From contig OZ242029.1 in assembly GCA_965205015.1 (NCBI GenBank), positions 1,728,001 through 1,792,000 of the forward strand: 64,000 nt of DNA. The letters run 5' to 3'. The notes beneath the pieces are model-generated. The model was not told the DNA's origin. It did not search any database and worked only from the letters and a program-made list of their open reading frames with translations. The stretch comes from Candidatus Poribacteria bacterium. Lineage in GTDB: Bacteria > Poribacteria > WGA-4E > WGA-3G. The position numbers and the translations under genes are program-made. This document shows, one piece after another, positions 1 to 9,058 of this stretch; the stretch's first letter is position 1, and each line of letters starts with the position of its first letter.

Positions 1-554
1 TCGTCAAAAAGCAGGAGGTCCGGCTTTTCAAGAAGTAGTTTTGCGAGTGTCGCTCGGCTTTTCTGTCCACCGCTCAGGACACGAATCGGGAGGTTGAAAT
101 CCAGTTCGCTAAAACCTAAGCCCCCGAGGATACGGTTAATCTCGTACTCATAATCGTAGCCCCCGAGTCGTTCGTGCTGTTCTTGAATCCGAGCGTACGC
201 TGCTAAGAGGTCTGGTGCCTCTTCTGTTTCCATCTCCTCTGCGAGTACGAGCATCTTATCTTCAAGCACCCGCCGTTTTTCAAAAACCTTGAGCATCTCT
301 TGCCTTAGGGTGCAGTCATGTGCGAGATCCGGTTCTTGACTGAGGTAACCGATGCGTAAACCCTTCGCTGAAACAACTTTCCCTTTAAAATTAGCAAGCA
401 AACCGTTTATAATTTTAAGTAACGTTGTTTTTCCGGTGCCGTTACGCCCAATTAATCCGATTCGGTCTCCATGTTCAATGGAAACCGAAATATCGTCAAG
501 AATCAGGTCTGGATCGTACAATTTGGTGACGTGTTCTAATCGTATTAAGGACAT
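1..554 (-). CDS. ABC-F family ATP-binding protein (5' part; runs off the left edge)
   Basis: My translation from ATG at 554: MSLIRLEHVTK...GLIGRNGTGKTTLL (Walker A)...IGYLSQEP...LSGGQKSRATLAKLLLEKPDLLLFD. Not in the ORF track because there is no stop within the window. Confidence 0.9.
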   Translation of the reverse strand, partial: MSLIRLEHVTKLYDPDLILDDISVSIEHGDRIGLIGRNGTGKTTLLKIINGLLANFKGKVVSAKGLRIGYLSQEPDLAHDCTLRQEMLKVFEKRRVLEDKMLVLAEEMETEEAPDLLAAYARIQEQHERLGGYDYEYEINRILGGLGFSELDFNLPIRVLSGGQKSRATLAKLLLEKPDLLLFD

Positions 555-571
555 TTTTTTCTGACTGACCG

Positions 572-1534
572 CTAATTGCTATTTCTGTGACGAGTTTCTG
601 TCAACAGATCGTTCTTATGCAGTGTAAATTGAGTACTGCGGGTAATCATTTCCTGGTATGTGTTGGCGCGATGTGCGTCTGGACGACGAATGTTAAATTG
701 CCTGAATCGCCAGAACGCTATGGAGAGGGCAGCATACTGAACGAAGCAGTCTAAGCACTGCCACTCATTTTCTGTCAAAGGACGCAATGTGTTGTAAGCG
801 TCTAAAAATCGCTGGGCAGCCTCAAGATTTAGCCGATCCTCCGATGTATAGCAACACCCAATAAGCGTCATGCTAACATCGATGAGCAATGTATCATGAC
901 ATCCCTCCTCGAAATCGAGAATCGCGACCATCTGACTGCCCTCGAAAAGGGTATTATCCAAAAAAAGGTCTCCGTGTAGAAGTCCCATCGGAAGGGGGGC
1001 ACCGAGTTGTGGTTTCATCGATTCCAATTGCGATTTCAACGATTCAACGAACGGATGCGTAGCGAATTGTGTGCCTTTGACCTCCTCGAAAAAAGGGGTC
1101 ATTTGTGAAATCCCCATTGCAAAATGGGGAAGTCCAGCGATGGGTGGAATACAATGCAGTTTTGCCAGCGCCTCACCGAGTTTTGCCAGCGTATCTGGTG
1201 AGGATTGTGGGTGTTCCCCTTTCAGGAAGGGATAGAGCATCACATTGCCAAATGTCTCCTGTGTGAGGGGTCTTTGGTCTTTCGTTGAAATAGGGTATAC
1301 CGTCGGATAAGCATGCTGATGGAGGTGTTGCAACAGTGCGATTTGCATGTTAAGTTCTGCTAAGTCTTTTTCATCGCAAATCTTGAGCAGAAACTCGCCC
1401 TTTGTGGTCGTCAGTTTAAAATTACTGTTCCCAAATCCGCCGGGAATCTCCTCGAGTTTCAGTGCCGTACCGATTGGATATTGTGATACGATGCCGTCGA
1501 GTTCTGTGGATGAAAGGGTTGTGTAACGTGCCAT
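572..1534 (-). CDS. thrB: Type II homoserine kinase / APH-family phosphotransferase
   Basis: MARYTTLS N-terminus, GxxNSNF, HGDLFLDN catalytic loop, ILDFE, FWRFRQF: typical of Pseudomonas-type ThrB. Confidence 0.75.
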   Translation of the reverse strand: MARYTTLSSTELDGIVSQYPIGTALKLEEIPGGFGNSNFKLTTTKGEFLLKICDEKDLAELNMQIALLQHLHQHAYPTVYPISTKDQRPLTQETFGNVMLYPFLKGEHPQSSPDTLAKLGEALAKLHCIPPIAGLPHFAMGISQMTPFFEEVKGTQFATHPFVESLKSQLESMKPQLGAPLPMGLLHGDLFLDNTLFEGSQMVAILDFEEGCHDTLLIDVSMTLIGCCYTSEDRLNLEAAQRFLDAYNTLRPLTENEWQCLDCFVQYAALSIAFWRFRQFNIRRPDAHRANTYQEMITRSTQFTLHKNDLLTETRHRNSN

Positions 1535-1614
1535 TTTGGTTTTAGCGATTCACCAGGGAAACGCGCAACTGCGTCAGAAACGGGCTTTTGACGACAGAAA
1601 AGCGGCGCGAGAAC

Positions 1615-2139
1615 CTAATTTGTTAAAAGATCTTGGAATTCTGGGGAATTGCGAATGTTGTCAAATGCGGGTTCCGTTTTCGCGGCGGAAAGTGCCGCCT
1701 TGTCTACGCGAATCGCCTCACGCAATGAGGCAATTGAGAGCCCTTTCTCTGCCTTGTGTGAATAGGCGACCGCGAGGTTATAATGTGCTTTCGCGAAGTC
1801 AGTATCTAACTGAGTGGCGCGCTCCCACGCTTGAATGGCTTTATCAAGTTCTCCCAAGTTTCCATAGACAACACCTAATGTGAAAAATGGCATTACCCAT
1901 CCCGGTTCATTCTCGATTGCCAAACTGAGTTCCGTGATAGCTTGCCCAAAATTGCCGTCCTTGGCATACGCCATGCCCCAATTATAGTGCGCGATGGCAA
2001 CATCGTTCGGTTCAGGGGCGTCCGTGCTTTGTGAATACGGGATCGCTTTCGGACCGCATGCCGTAAGACAGAGCAACAAGCCGGTAATTAATAGTAACCC
2101 ACTGAGGCGTAGTTTGTTCACTCTATATAGAAAAGCCAT
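1615..2139 (-). CDS. TPR-repeat lipoprotein
   Basis: Hydrophobic signal with LTAC lipobox; three TPR motifs (AHYNWG, FFTLGVVY, AHYNLAVAY). Confidence 0.85.
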   Translation of the reverse strand: MAFLYRVNKLRLSGLLLITGLLLCLTACGPKAIPYSQSTDAPEPNDVAIAHYNWGMAYAKDGNFGQAITELSLAIENEPGWVMPFFTLGVVYGNLGELDKAIQAWERATQLDTDFAKAHYNLAVAYSHKAEKGLSIASLREAIRVDKAALSAAKTEPAFDNIRNSPEFQDLLTN

Positions 2140-2188
2140 AATTTTCCTCCATCTCTCCGTTAAATTTTAGCAGAAGATAGGATTGGAA

Positions 2189-3646
2189 TCAAGGGATCCG
2201 TGTTTTTTTAACATAAATGGCGTAGACTTTCGGGTCTTCTGGACGAATACCGGTGTAATTCAGCCTGATTCGGATTGCGCCGTTTCTCTTGTCAATCTGT
2301 TCTCCGTTTTTCCACGCCACCGTCTGATGAAAGCCCGATGTGAGAGGAAGACAATCTTCTCTGGTATATCCTTCAATGGGTTGGAAGTGCTCGTCCAAAA
2401 TGTCAAGTGGAACCTGACTATACGTTGACAAACCATCAACATTCAGTGCCACTGTGCAAGGCTGTCCCTCAAGGTCAATGGGTGCCGAAATCACGTGGCG
2501 AGGTTGTTCTGTTTTTCGATTCATGTCTGCCGCTTGGAGGTAGCCGAGTCGGTCGCGTTTCCATGTTGCGATCCGGACCCCATTACTCAGCTGCTCTGGC
2601 CACGGGGCATACCAGAAAAGGGTCTCATCACCAATGTTCTCAAAACCTTGTCCCTGCATAAGTGCGGCGTGTTTGAAATTCATTGGCGTTGGGAGATGTT
2701 CAAAGTCGTCTTCCGCCGCTTCTACCATCTGAAAATCCGGAATCGGCTCGCGGTAGTGCAAGGCGTCGTTGCTGACGACGAAGCCGAGGTCCATCGTCAC
2801 ATGCCGACGGTCATTATTTTCCGGTCCGTGCCACTGTCCATAGAAGCCGAGGATCACATTCCCACGGTTCCATAGTGCTGCACCGAGATGGACCTGCTCG
2901 CCTTGGTGTGCTCCGGGCACCACGGGTCTTGGTGGGATGTTACCCCTCCTGAACCCCAAGCACGAGGCTTCGATCCAATGTTCAAAGTCGTAAGATGCAT
3001 ACGTTACCATCTGCCGTGTAGGACCGATGTGGCTGCCGCCATGCGCGCTGAGATAGTAGCATCCGTTGAATTTCGTAACACCCGACATCTCGCAGGACGG
3101 TGGATTCGGGTACCGTTCGGCTTCGTGCCATTGAAGTCCATCTTCGCTAAACATGACTGCGAATTTTGGAGAATATTTGGATGTTTCAATAATCGCTTTG
3201 AACCGACGCGCAGGATCGGGGTCGTCTGGTTCATAATACACGACACACGCCTGAATGTGATAGTGTCCACCTTGAATATCGACGAGATTGTTTCGGGTGG
3301 AGCCGTTATATGCTACCAGTCCGAGTTCCGGTTTTTCCCAGTTGTAACCATCACGGCTTTTTGCGAAACACACCCGTTGGTGCCAACTCTCGTCGTCTCC
3401 GTGTCCGAGATACCACATCCAGAGTTCATCACCGACGCGATGGACAGACCCGTAGTAGATGACGCAGGCACTGTCTGGCGCGCCGGGTGGACCGGGGCGT
3501 ACTACAATTTGGGTCCGATCAACCCCGGCTCTGTAAGGCACCAGTTGTAGACGGACACCGTGTTGAAACGGGATGCTGTAGTCATCGAAAGGGAACAGCA
3601 CTATCTGATCGGTGCTGACGTGTTCAGGATTGTTTTTGATGATCAT
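2189..3646 (-). CDS. Hypothetical protein, probable five-bladed beta-propeller glycoside hydrolase-like fold
   Basis: Repeated SxDGxxW/Asp-box-like motifs (SRDGYNW, SEDGLQW, SYDFEHW, SNDALHY) and YGSV...LWMWY; 485 aa. Confidence 0.6.
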   Translation of the reverse strand: MIIKNNPEHVSTDQIVLFPFDDYSIPFQHGVRLQLVPYRAGVDRTQIVVRPGPPGAPDSACVIYYGSVHRVGDELWMWYLGHGDDESWHQRVCFAKSRDGYNWEKPELGLVAYNGSTRNNLVDIQGGHYHIQACVVYYEPDDPDPARRFKAIIETSKYSPKFAVMFSEDGLQWHEAERYPNPPSCEMSGVTKFNGCYYLSAHGGSHIGPTRQMVTYASYDFEHWIEASCLGFRRGNIPPRPVVPGAHQGEQVHLGAALWNRGNVILGFYGQWHGPENNDRRHVTMDLGFVVSNDALHYREPIPDFQMVEAAEDDFEHLPTPMNFKHAALMQGQGFENIGDETLFWYAPWPEQLSNGVRIATWKRDRLGYLQAADMNRKTEQPRHVISAPIDLEGQPCTVALNVDGLSTYSQVPLDILDEHFQPIEGYTREDCLPLTSGFHQTVAWKNGEQIDKRNGAIRIRLNYTGIRPEDPKVYAIYVKKTRIP

Positions 3647-3700
3647 TGTAGTAGTAACCGCAAAAGCGACTGTTGTAGGAAGTTAACCGTTAACTAACAA

Positions 3701-5029
3701 CTATTCCTTTAAGATTGCTCCGTAGATGAGCGGTTTAAGGGTCTGGCTCAATTCGGAAAATGGGATATGTTGTGCGAGCGTGATCGCTACCAATTCATCT
3801 CGCGGTGAAATCCAGAATTCGGTGCTTGTCCCGCCAATCCAGCCGTATTCATCCACTTGGGAAGCGGGTATCCAGTCCGTCTGCTGGACGCGAACGGAGA
3901 CACCGAGTCCGAAACCGAGTCCAGCATAACGTTCATCCGGTTTTTTATCCAGTGGTATCAAATGCTCCGGTAAATGGTTGTGTGTCATCAATTCGACGGA
4001 TTCCGGTTTCATCAACTGTTTTTCCTCAAGTGTGCCCCTGCCTGAGAGCATCAGACAAAAGCGAGCAAAATCAGCAGCGGTAGAGACCAAGCCACCACCG
4101 GCAGATAGGAATTTCGGTTTCTGTATAAAACTACTTTTGGATACATGACCTGTTCCGCCCTCTGGGGCATCAATAGTCTGCAGACCTCCTCCCGGTTTTG
4201 GACCGTGCATACTCGCGAACCGGTCTATTTTCTCCTCCGGTACATAAAATCCGGTATCGTGCATGCCTAACGGTTGGAAGATCCTATCGGCTAAAAACAC
4301 ATCAAAGGGCTGATCGGAAACCACCTCAATCAATCTACCCAAAACATCTGCAGCGATGCTATAGTGCCATTTCGTTCCGGGTTGGTACAACAACGGAATC
4401 CTGCCAAGCCTCTCAACCATTTCCTGTAGGTCGCATTCATGCAGGCGGTGGAGACCCACCTCGCGATAGCGTTTATCGACTGCGGTGTGTCCTGCCATAT
4501 ATCGGGCGGCACCAGGCAATCCAGCGGTGTGACGCATTAAGTCACGGACGGTCATGTCCCGGTCTGCTTCAACCAATGTGAGTGATGCTCCATCTGTATC
4601 CACCGCGACTTTCAATCCACCTAATTCTGGTAGGTACATTGAAGCGGGGGCATCCAAGTACAGTTTCCCTTCCTCACAGAGCAGCATGACTGCAGCGGCG
4701 GCGATCGGTTTGGTCATTGAATAGACGCGGAAGATCGTATCTGTTTGCATCGGCTTATTCGCTGCAATGTCCATCATGCCCGATGCCTTGAAATGTGCTA
4801 CTTTACCGCGCCGTGCCACAACTGTGACCGCACCCGCGAGTCGCTCTTCGTCAATAAACTTTTGCGAGGTCGTAGATATACACGCAAGTTGTTTCGCTGA
4901 GAGTCCCACCTCGTGCGGTGCAGCGATTCGGTTGGGGTTTAATTTTTCGGTGTCCATGATGGCGTTCTTCTTTTTGCGGAGAGTTTCGAGTGCTAAGGAT
5001 TTACGGGTTTCTCCTGTTAAGGATACCAC
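3701..5029 (-). CDS. Serine hydrolase, beta-lactamase class C/esterase family (start may be ATG at 4957)
   Basis: FRVYSMTKP (SxxK), LMRHTAGL, PGTKWHYS, GGGLVST, YGWIG. Confidence 0.9.
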   Translation of the reverse strand: MVSLTGETRKSLALETLRKKKNAIMDTEKLNPNRIAAPHEVGLSAKQLACISTTSQKFIDEERLAGAVTVVARRGKVAHFKASGMMDIAANKPMQTDTIFRVYSMTKPIAAAAVMLLCEEGKLYLDAPASMYLPELGGLKVAVDTDGASLTLVEADRDMTVRDLMRHTAGLPGAARYMAGHTAVDKRYREVGLHRLHECDLQEMVERLGRIPLLYQPGTKWHYSIAADVLGRLIEVVSDQPFDVFLADRIFQPLGMHDTGFYVPEEKIDRFASMHGPKPGGGLQTIDAPEGGTGHVSKSSFIQKPKFLSAGGGLVSTAADFARFCLMLSGRGTLEEKQLMKPESVELMTHNHLPEHLIPLDKKPDERYAGLGFGLGVSVRVQQTDWIPASQVDEYGWIGGTSTEFWISPRDELVAITLAQHIPFSELSQTLKPLIYGAILKE

Positions 5030-5074
5030 ATCAGTGACAGAATGTCACATTTTTTGGTGATGTGCTTTGTGAGG

Positions 5075-6340
5075 CTACACAAGTGCGTTCAGGATTGGGA
5101 GCAAGGTGCGTATGGTTGGGACATCTCGAAATGTGAAACCGAACTCTGAGAAATATGCAGATGCCGCGAGCGCTTCCGCGATAAGTGGCTTTTTTTCCAA
5201 CTCCCTTGAGACACCGAGGATCAGGCACACATCTCTCTGTTCAGCGAGCGTGTTGAGTCGAGCAATGAGATGTCCTTGATGCCATGGGTGAAATAGCTCA
5301 ATGGCGGTTTCTACACCACTTTTGTGAACGAGTTGATAGTCGGGGAAGCAGTAGAAATCGCCCGGTAAAGGGATGAACCGGCTTCCGGGACGGATCTGCC
5401 AGTCGTCAGTTTTGTTGTGGAGCATTGTCTGAAAGAGTTGAATGTCTTCAGGAATATAGGCGAGGAACTGCTGTGAAATCGGTTTAATCCCGCACGATTC
5501 ATCGAGGGATAACCGATGACGCTGGTTATTTCGGAACTGGATCTCCGCAGTGAGTTCCCATTTGGACTGATGCAGCACCGCAACGAAAAAATTCGCCAAA
5601 TTCATGCCGTACCGTTTTGTTTTATAAAAGAGATTGAGCGGTCCATCCACTGAAATTTGATAGCGTTCTTCTTCTTTCCGAATTGTGGAAAGGAGTTGGT
5701 TGAATCTGAGGTACTTGAACAGTTGACGGAGTTCGGCTGTCATGGCGTCAACGAGCTTTAGCGTGAGACTGTTGCTATGGAGAAGTAACCCTTGGACCTG
5801 TGCGGTATTGTAGCGGTGGAGCAAATGCTCAGCAGAAAGCGTCTTGAATCCCAAAACCGGTTGACAACTCGGCAGATCTGCGTAGAGTTTGGCAGCCAGG
5901 TCTTCCCTCTCTGTGGGAACAGGCTCTGGTCGCGGTCCCGCTTCCACCGTCCCGACCCCTTTACATTGTCCCGCAAGTCCACACGCGGCTTGCGCATAAT
6001 CGACGTAATTCTCAAACTGTTCTTCTGAAAGCAGCCGGCTCGTCTCTGTGAAGAGTTTTTGCCGAAACGCGATCAATTCTTCGTTGGGCGTCGTATCAAA
6101 CTCTGTCCGATCTAACAGGAGTTTTTCGAGTCCACGCTTGATGATGGGTATTCCCGGTGTGCTATCAATAATGTGCTTGCTGGTTTCCAAGAGCGTCGCG
6201 CGTGGCGTATCTGGTGATTCTTCAAAAACAGCGATTAATTCCTCAGCGATTGCCAATAACTTCGTATCGGTAGGCTTTACAAATTGTGGATGGATTTCCC
6301 CGTTCTGAGTTTTGTAACGGAGTAAGTCTTTGGTCAGCAT
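5075..6340 (-). CDS. DUF790 family (Bax1-like) nuclease
   Basis: MLTKDLLRY N-terminus, LYADL, RYNTAQVQGLL, DGPLNLF...RYG, PD-(x)n-IELF nuclease-like motif; directly downstream of an XPB-like helicase. Confidence 0.85.
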   Translation of the reverse strand: MLTKDLLRYKTQNGEIHPQFVKPTDTKLLAIAEELIAVFEESPDTPRATLLETSKHIIDSTPGIPIIKRGLEKLLLDRTEFDTTPNEELIAFRQKLFTETSRLLSEEQFENYVDYAQAACGLAGQCKGVGTVEAGPRPEPVPTEREDLAAKLYADLPSCQPVLGFKTLSAEHLLHRYNTAQVQGLLLHSNSLTLKLVDAMTAELRQLFKYLRFNQLLSTIRKEEERYQISVDGPLNLFYKTKRYGMNLANFFVAVLHQSKWELTAEIQFRNNQRHRLSLDESCGIKPISQQFLAYIPEDIQLFQTMLHNKTDDWQIRPGSRFIPLPGDFYCFPDYQLVHKSGVETAIELFHPWHQGHLIARLNTLAEQRDVCLILGVSRELEKKPLIAEALAASAYFSEFGFTFRDVPTIRTLLPILNALV

Positions 6341-6462
6341 TTTTTAATCATACCTTGCGGTTAAATGGCGTGGTTTTGGACTTTAGCACTGTTTTCCCGA
6401 ATCTGAAGAAATACCCTATCAAAAACACCCCTCCATTTCATTACGAGCTACGCGATTTTAGA

Positions 6463-7872
6463 TTATACGAATTTTAAATTTTTACCTTTCCGTTGAGAAG
6501 ACTGGTAAGCGTGGTGTTGTCTGCGCCGCTTGTTGACGTAGTGTTCACCCGTCTGTTTGGAGATGAGTTCGTAGAGCACTGCCTGTTTGCCTTCCTGTTT
6601 GCGGAGGATGCGTCCTAACCGTTGGACGTGTTCCCGAACGCTCCCACTGCCAGAAACGATGATACCAACATTCGCTTCTGGGACATCTACGCCTTCGTTT
6701 AGGACTTTAGAAGTGACGAGAATAGAGTAGGTGCCATCGCGAAATTTGTTCAAAAAATCATTCCGTTCCTTGAGTTTCGTCTGATGCGTTAGCACTGGCA
6801 GGAAGAAACGCGTGCCGAGCTGATATGCCGTATCGTTATCCTGTGTAAAGATAAGGATCCGATCGCCGCGGTGCCTCTGAATGAGTTTCCACACCCACTC
6901 CTGTTTTGTCGTTGAGGCAAAACTGAGGTGTTTCTGGGCGAGATACGCTTTAAAGACAGCACGTCCTTCCTCCGTTCGAGAGGCTTTCCAGAGAAAAGTG
7001 TGCCAGCCGCGCGGTGTCCCCATGTTAATGCGCTCCTCTTTAAGGAAGTCTAAATAGGTGCGGCGGGCTTCTTCGTACTGAACCCGTTCCGTGTCCTCCA
7101 TCTCAACTGCAATCGTCACAACGCGGTACTCGGAAAGTGTTTTCCCGGAAAGTTCTTGTACCTTCGCCTCATAACACGGGTCACCGACGAGCCTATAGAG
7201 TCGGTTTTCTTTTCCATCGGTACGTTCTGGGGTGGCTGTCAATCCCAATCGAAAAGGGGCGATGCTGCTGATTGCGGCATACTGATACTGATCGCTCGGT
7301 AGATGGTGGCATTCGTCGAAAATGGCGAAACCGAACCGATTTCCGTAGTAAGGGGCATGCATGACAGCGGATTGATACGTCGTCACAGTGAGGTCTCGCA
7401 ATTCATGATAGCCGCCGCCATAAAGCCCTACCTCTTGTCCGAAGTGTTCTTTCAACACGGTGTACCATTGATGCATCAAGTCGATTGTCGGCACATGCAC
7501 GAGTGTGGGACGCTGCGTGTCGGCGATCAGCAGAATCGCGATAAAGGTTTTACCCGCACCGGTAGGCAAGCTCACGACGCCGCGTTTGCCGTTAGCGTGC
7601 CATGCGTCGATTGCCTCGGTCTGGTAAGGATACGGAGGCATCGTTTTTTGGTGTGTGAAGGGTTCGACTGTAAACTGCCGTGCTGTGTCCTGATACGCGA
7701 TGTCGTGTGCGCGTAGCTGCGAAACGATGTGCCGGTAGCGGTAGGCGGGGGCGCGGAAGGTAAGCGTGCGTTCATCCCAACGGAGGTCTGGCAATCGGGT
7801 TTCGAGTGTCTCTGGAACGTTCTGGAGGATGAGAGTGCCTTTGTCAAAGTTGATCTTAAGTGGTGAAGACAT
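6463..7872 (-). CDS. XPB/Rad25-like superfamily 2 DNA helicase
   Basis: LPTGAGKT, DECHH, LGLTATPER, VLNEGVDVP, QRLGRILR. Confidence 0.92.
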   Translation of the reverse strand: MSSPLKINFDKGTLILQNVPETLETRLPDLRWDERTLTFRAPAYRYRHIVSQLRAHDIAYQDTARQFTVEPFTHQKTMPPYPYQTEAIDAWHANGKRGVVSLPTGAGKTFIAILLIADTQRPTLVHVPTIDLMHQWYTVLKEHFGQEVGLYGGGYHELRDLTVTTYQSAVMHAPYYGNRFGFAIFDECHHLPSDQYQYAAISSIAPFRLGLTATPERTDGKENRLYRLVGDPCYEAKVQELSGKTLSEYRVVTIAVEMEDTERVQYEEARRTYLDFLKEERINMGTPRGWHTFLWKASRTEEGRAVFKAYLAQKHLSFASTTKQEWVWKLIQRHRGDRILIFTQDNDTAYQLGTRFFLPVLTHQTKLKERNDFLNKFRDGTYSILVTSKVLNEGVDVPEANVGIIVSGSGSVREHVQRLGRILRKQEGKQAVLYELISKQTGEHYVNKRRRQHHAYQSSQRKGKNLKFV

Positions 7873-7968
7873 AATGCTTTCTCAACTTAAATTGGAGTTT
7901 TCTATTCGCTGCTAATGCCTCTATTATACCGAAATCCGGTGAGTATTCAAGCGTTTTTTTTATAAGTC

Positions 7969-7997
7969 TTGACCTTCTGATGTGACTCTGCTAAAAT
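7969..7997 (+). promoter_or_regulatory. Sigma70-type promoter for the 8041 operon
   Basis: TTGACC-17 nt-TAAAAT with an extended -10 TG. A divergent TTGAAT-16-TATAAT lies on the minus strand at 7950-7923. Confidence 0.6.
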
Positions 7998-8040
7998 GCC
8001 TTTACCTTAAACATAAAATCTACAGAGAGGAACAGAACCC

Positions 8041-9006
8041 GTGCCAAAACTCATAATCATGCCGCCACAGGACGCGGAATTATACGAATGGGCTGAACGT
8101 CTCCAGAGCGAATTGCCCGCATACACCGTCGTTTTACCGGAGACAGATGAAGCAGTAAAGGAACACCTTCCCGATGCAGATGCTGTCTACGGCTGGGTGT
8201 CACCGGAACAGCTGCCGTTGGCGAAAAATCTGCGATGGCTCCAGAATCCCGCTGCAGGTCCCTTCCCCGGTTACTATTACCCTGCGTTGATCGAACATCC
8301 CGTCGTCGCCTGTAATCCACGCGGTATTTACAATGACCATATTTCGCAACATATCATGATGTTCGTGCTCGCGCTTTCTCGTGGACTCCCTTACTATATG
8401 AATGCACAACGTGAAGGGGTTTGGGAGAAAGATGCCCGTAAAAGTGGATACATCGACCTCGCAGAAGCGACGGCGTTAATCGTCGGCGTTGGCGGTATCG
8501 GACATGAAACCGCGCGGCTCTGCGATCAATTCGGGATGAGAGTGATCGGTGTCGATCCGCGGTGGGAGTATGAAGTGCCGTTTGTAGAGAAACACGAACC
8601 CGCAGAACTCGACACACTCCTTCCACTCGCCGATTTTGTAATAACTACAACACCACACACACCTGAAACCGAGGGAATGTGGGATAAAGACCGCTTTGCG
8701 TTGATGAAGCAAACGGCTTACTTTATTAACATCGGGCGCGGTAAGACGACAAAACTTGCCGACCTTGTTGAGGCACTTGAGCAGCAGATCATTGCCGGAT
8801 GTGGCTTAGATGTGTTTGAAATTGAACCTTTGCCTGCTGAAAGTCCGTTATGGCATCTGCCCAATGTGTTGATAACACCACATATTGCTGTAAAAGATGC
8901 GGAAAACCTTCTGGGACGGCGGTTCGAGATTCTTTTGGAAAACGCACGTCGGTTCGCCGAAGGGGCACCGTTGCAGAACGTCGTCAATAAGGCGGCATGG
9001 TATTAA
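8041..9006 (+). CDS. D-2-hydroxyacid dehydrogenase
   Basis: GVGGIG Rossmann motif, INIGRG, GLDVFEIEPL, ITPHIA. Confidence 0.93.
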   Translation: MPKLIIMPPQDAELYEWAERLQSELPAYTVVLPETDEAVKEHLPDADAVYGWVSPEQLPLAKNLRWLQNPAAGPFPGYYYPALIEHPVVACNPRGIYNDHISQHIMMFVLALSRGLPYYMNAQREGVWEKDARKSGYIDLAEATALIVGVGGIGHETARLCDQFGMRVIGVDPRWEYEVPFVEKHEPAELDTLLPLADFVITTTPHTPETEGMWDKDRFALMKQTAYFINIGRGKTTKLADLVEALEQQIIAGCGLDVFEIEPLPAESPLWHLPNVLITPHIAVKDAENLLGRRFEILLENARRFAEGAPLQNVVNKAAWY

Positions 9007-9058
9007 AGCATTTCAGAAGGTAGTAGGCACACGCCGTTGTGCCGTGAGAAAAAGAGGT

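Noticed and set aside
8897-9058. Longer starts given by the ORF track (also 15561, 22195, 32776, 35743, 42692, 44325)
   Set aside because: They overlap neighbouring genes or repeats; downstream ATGs have better RBSs and match paralogue N-termini.
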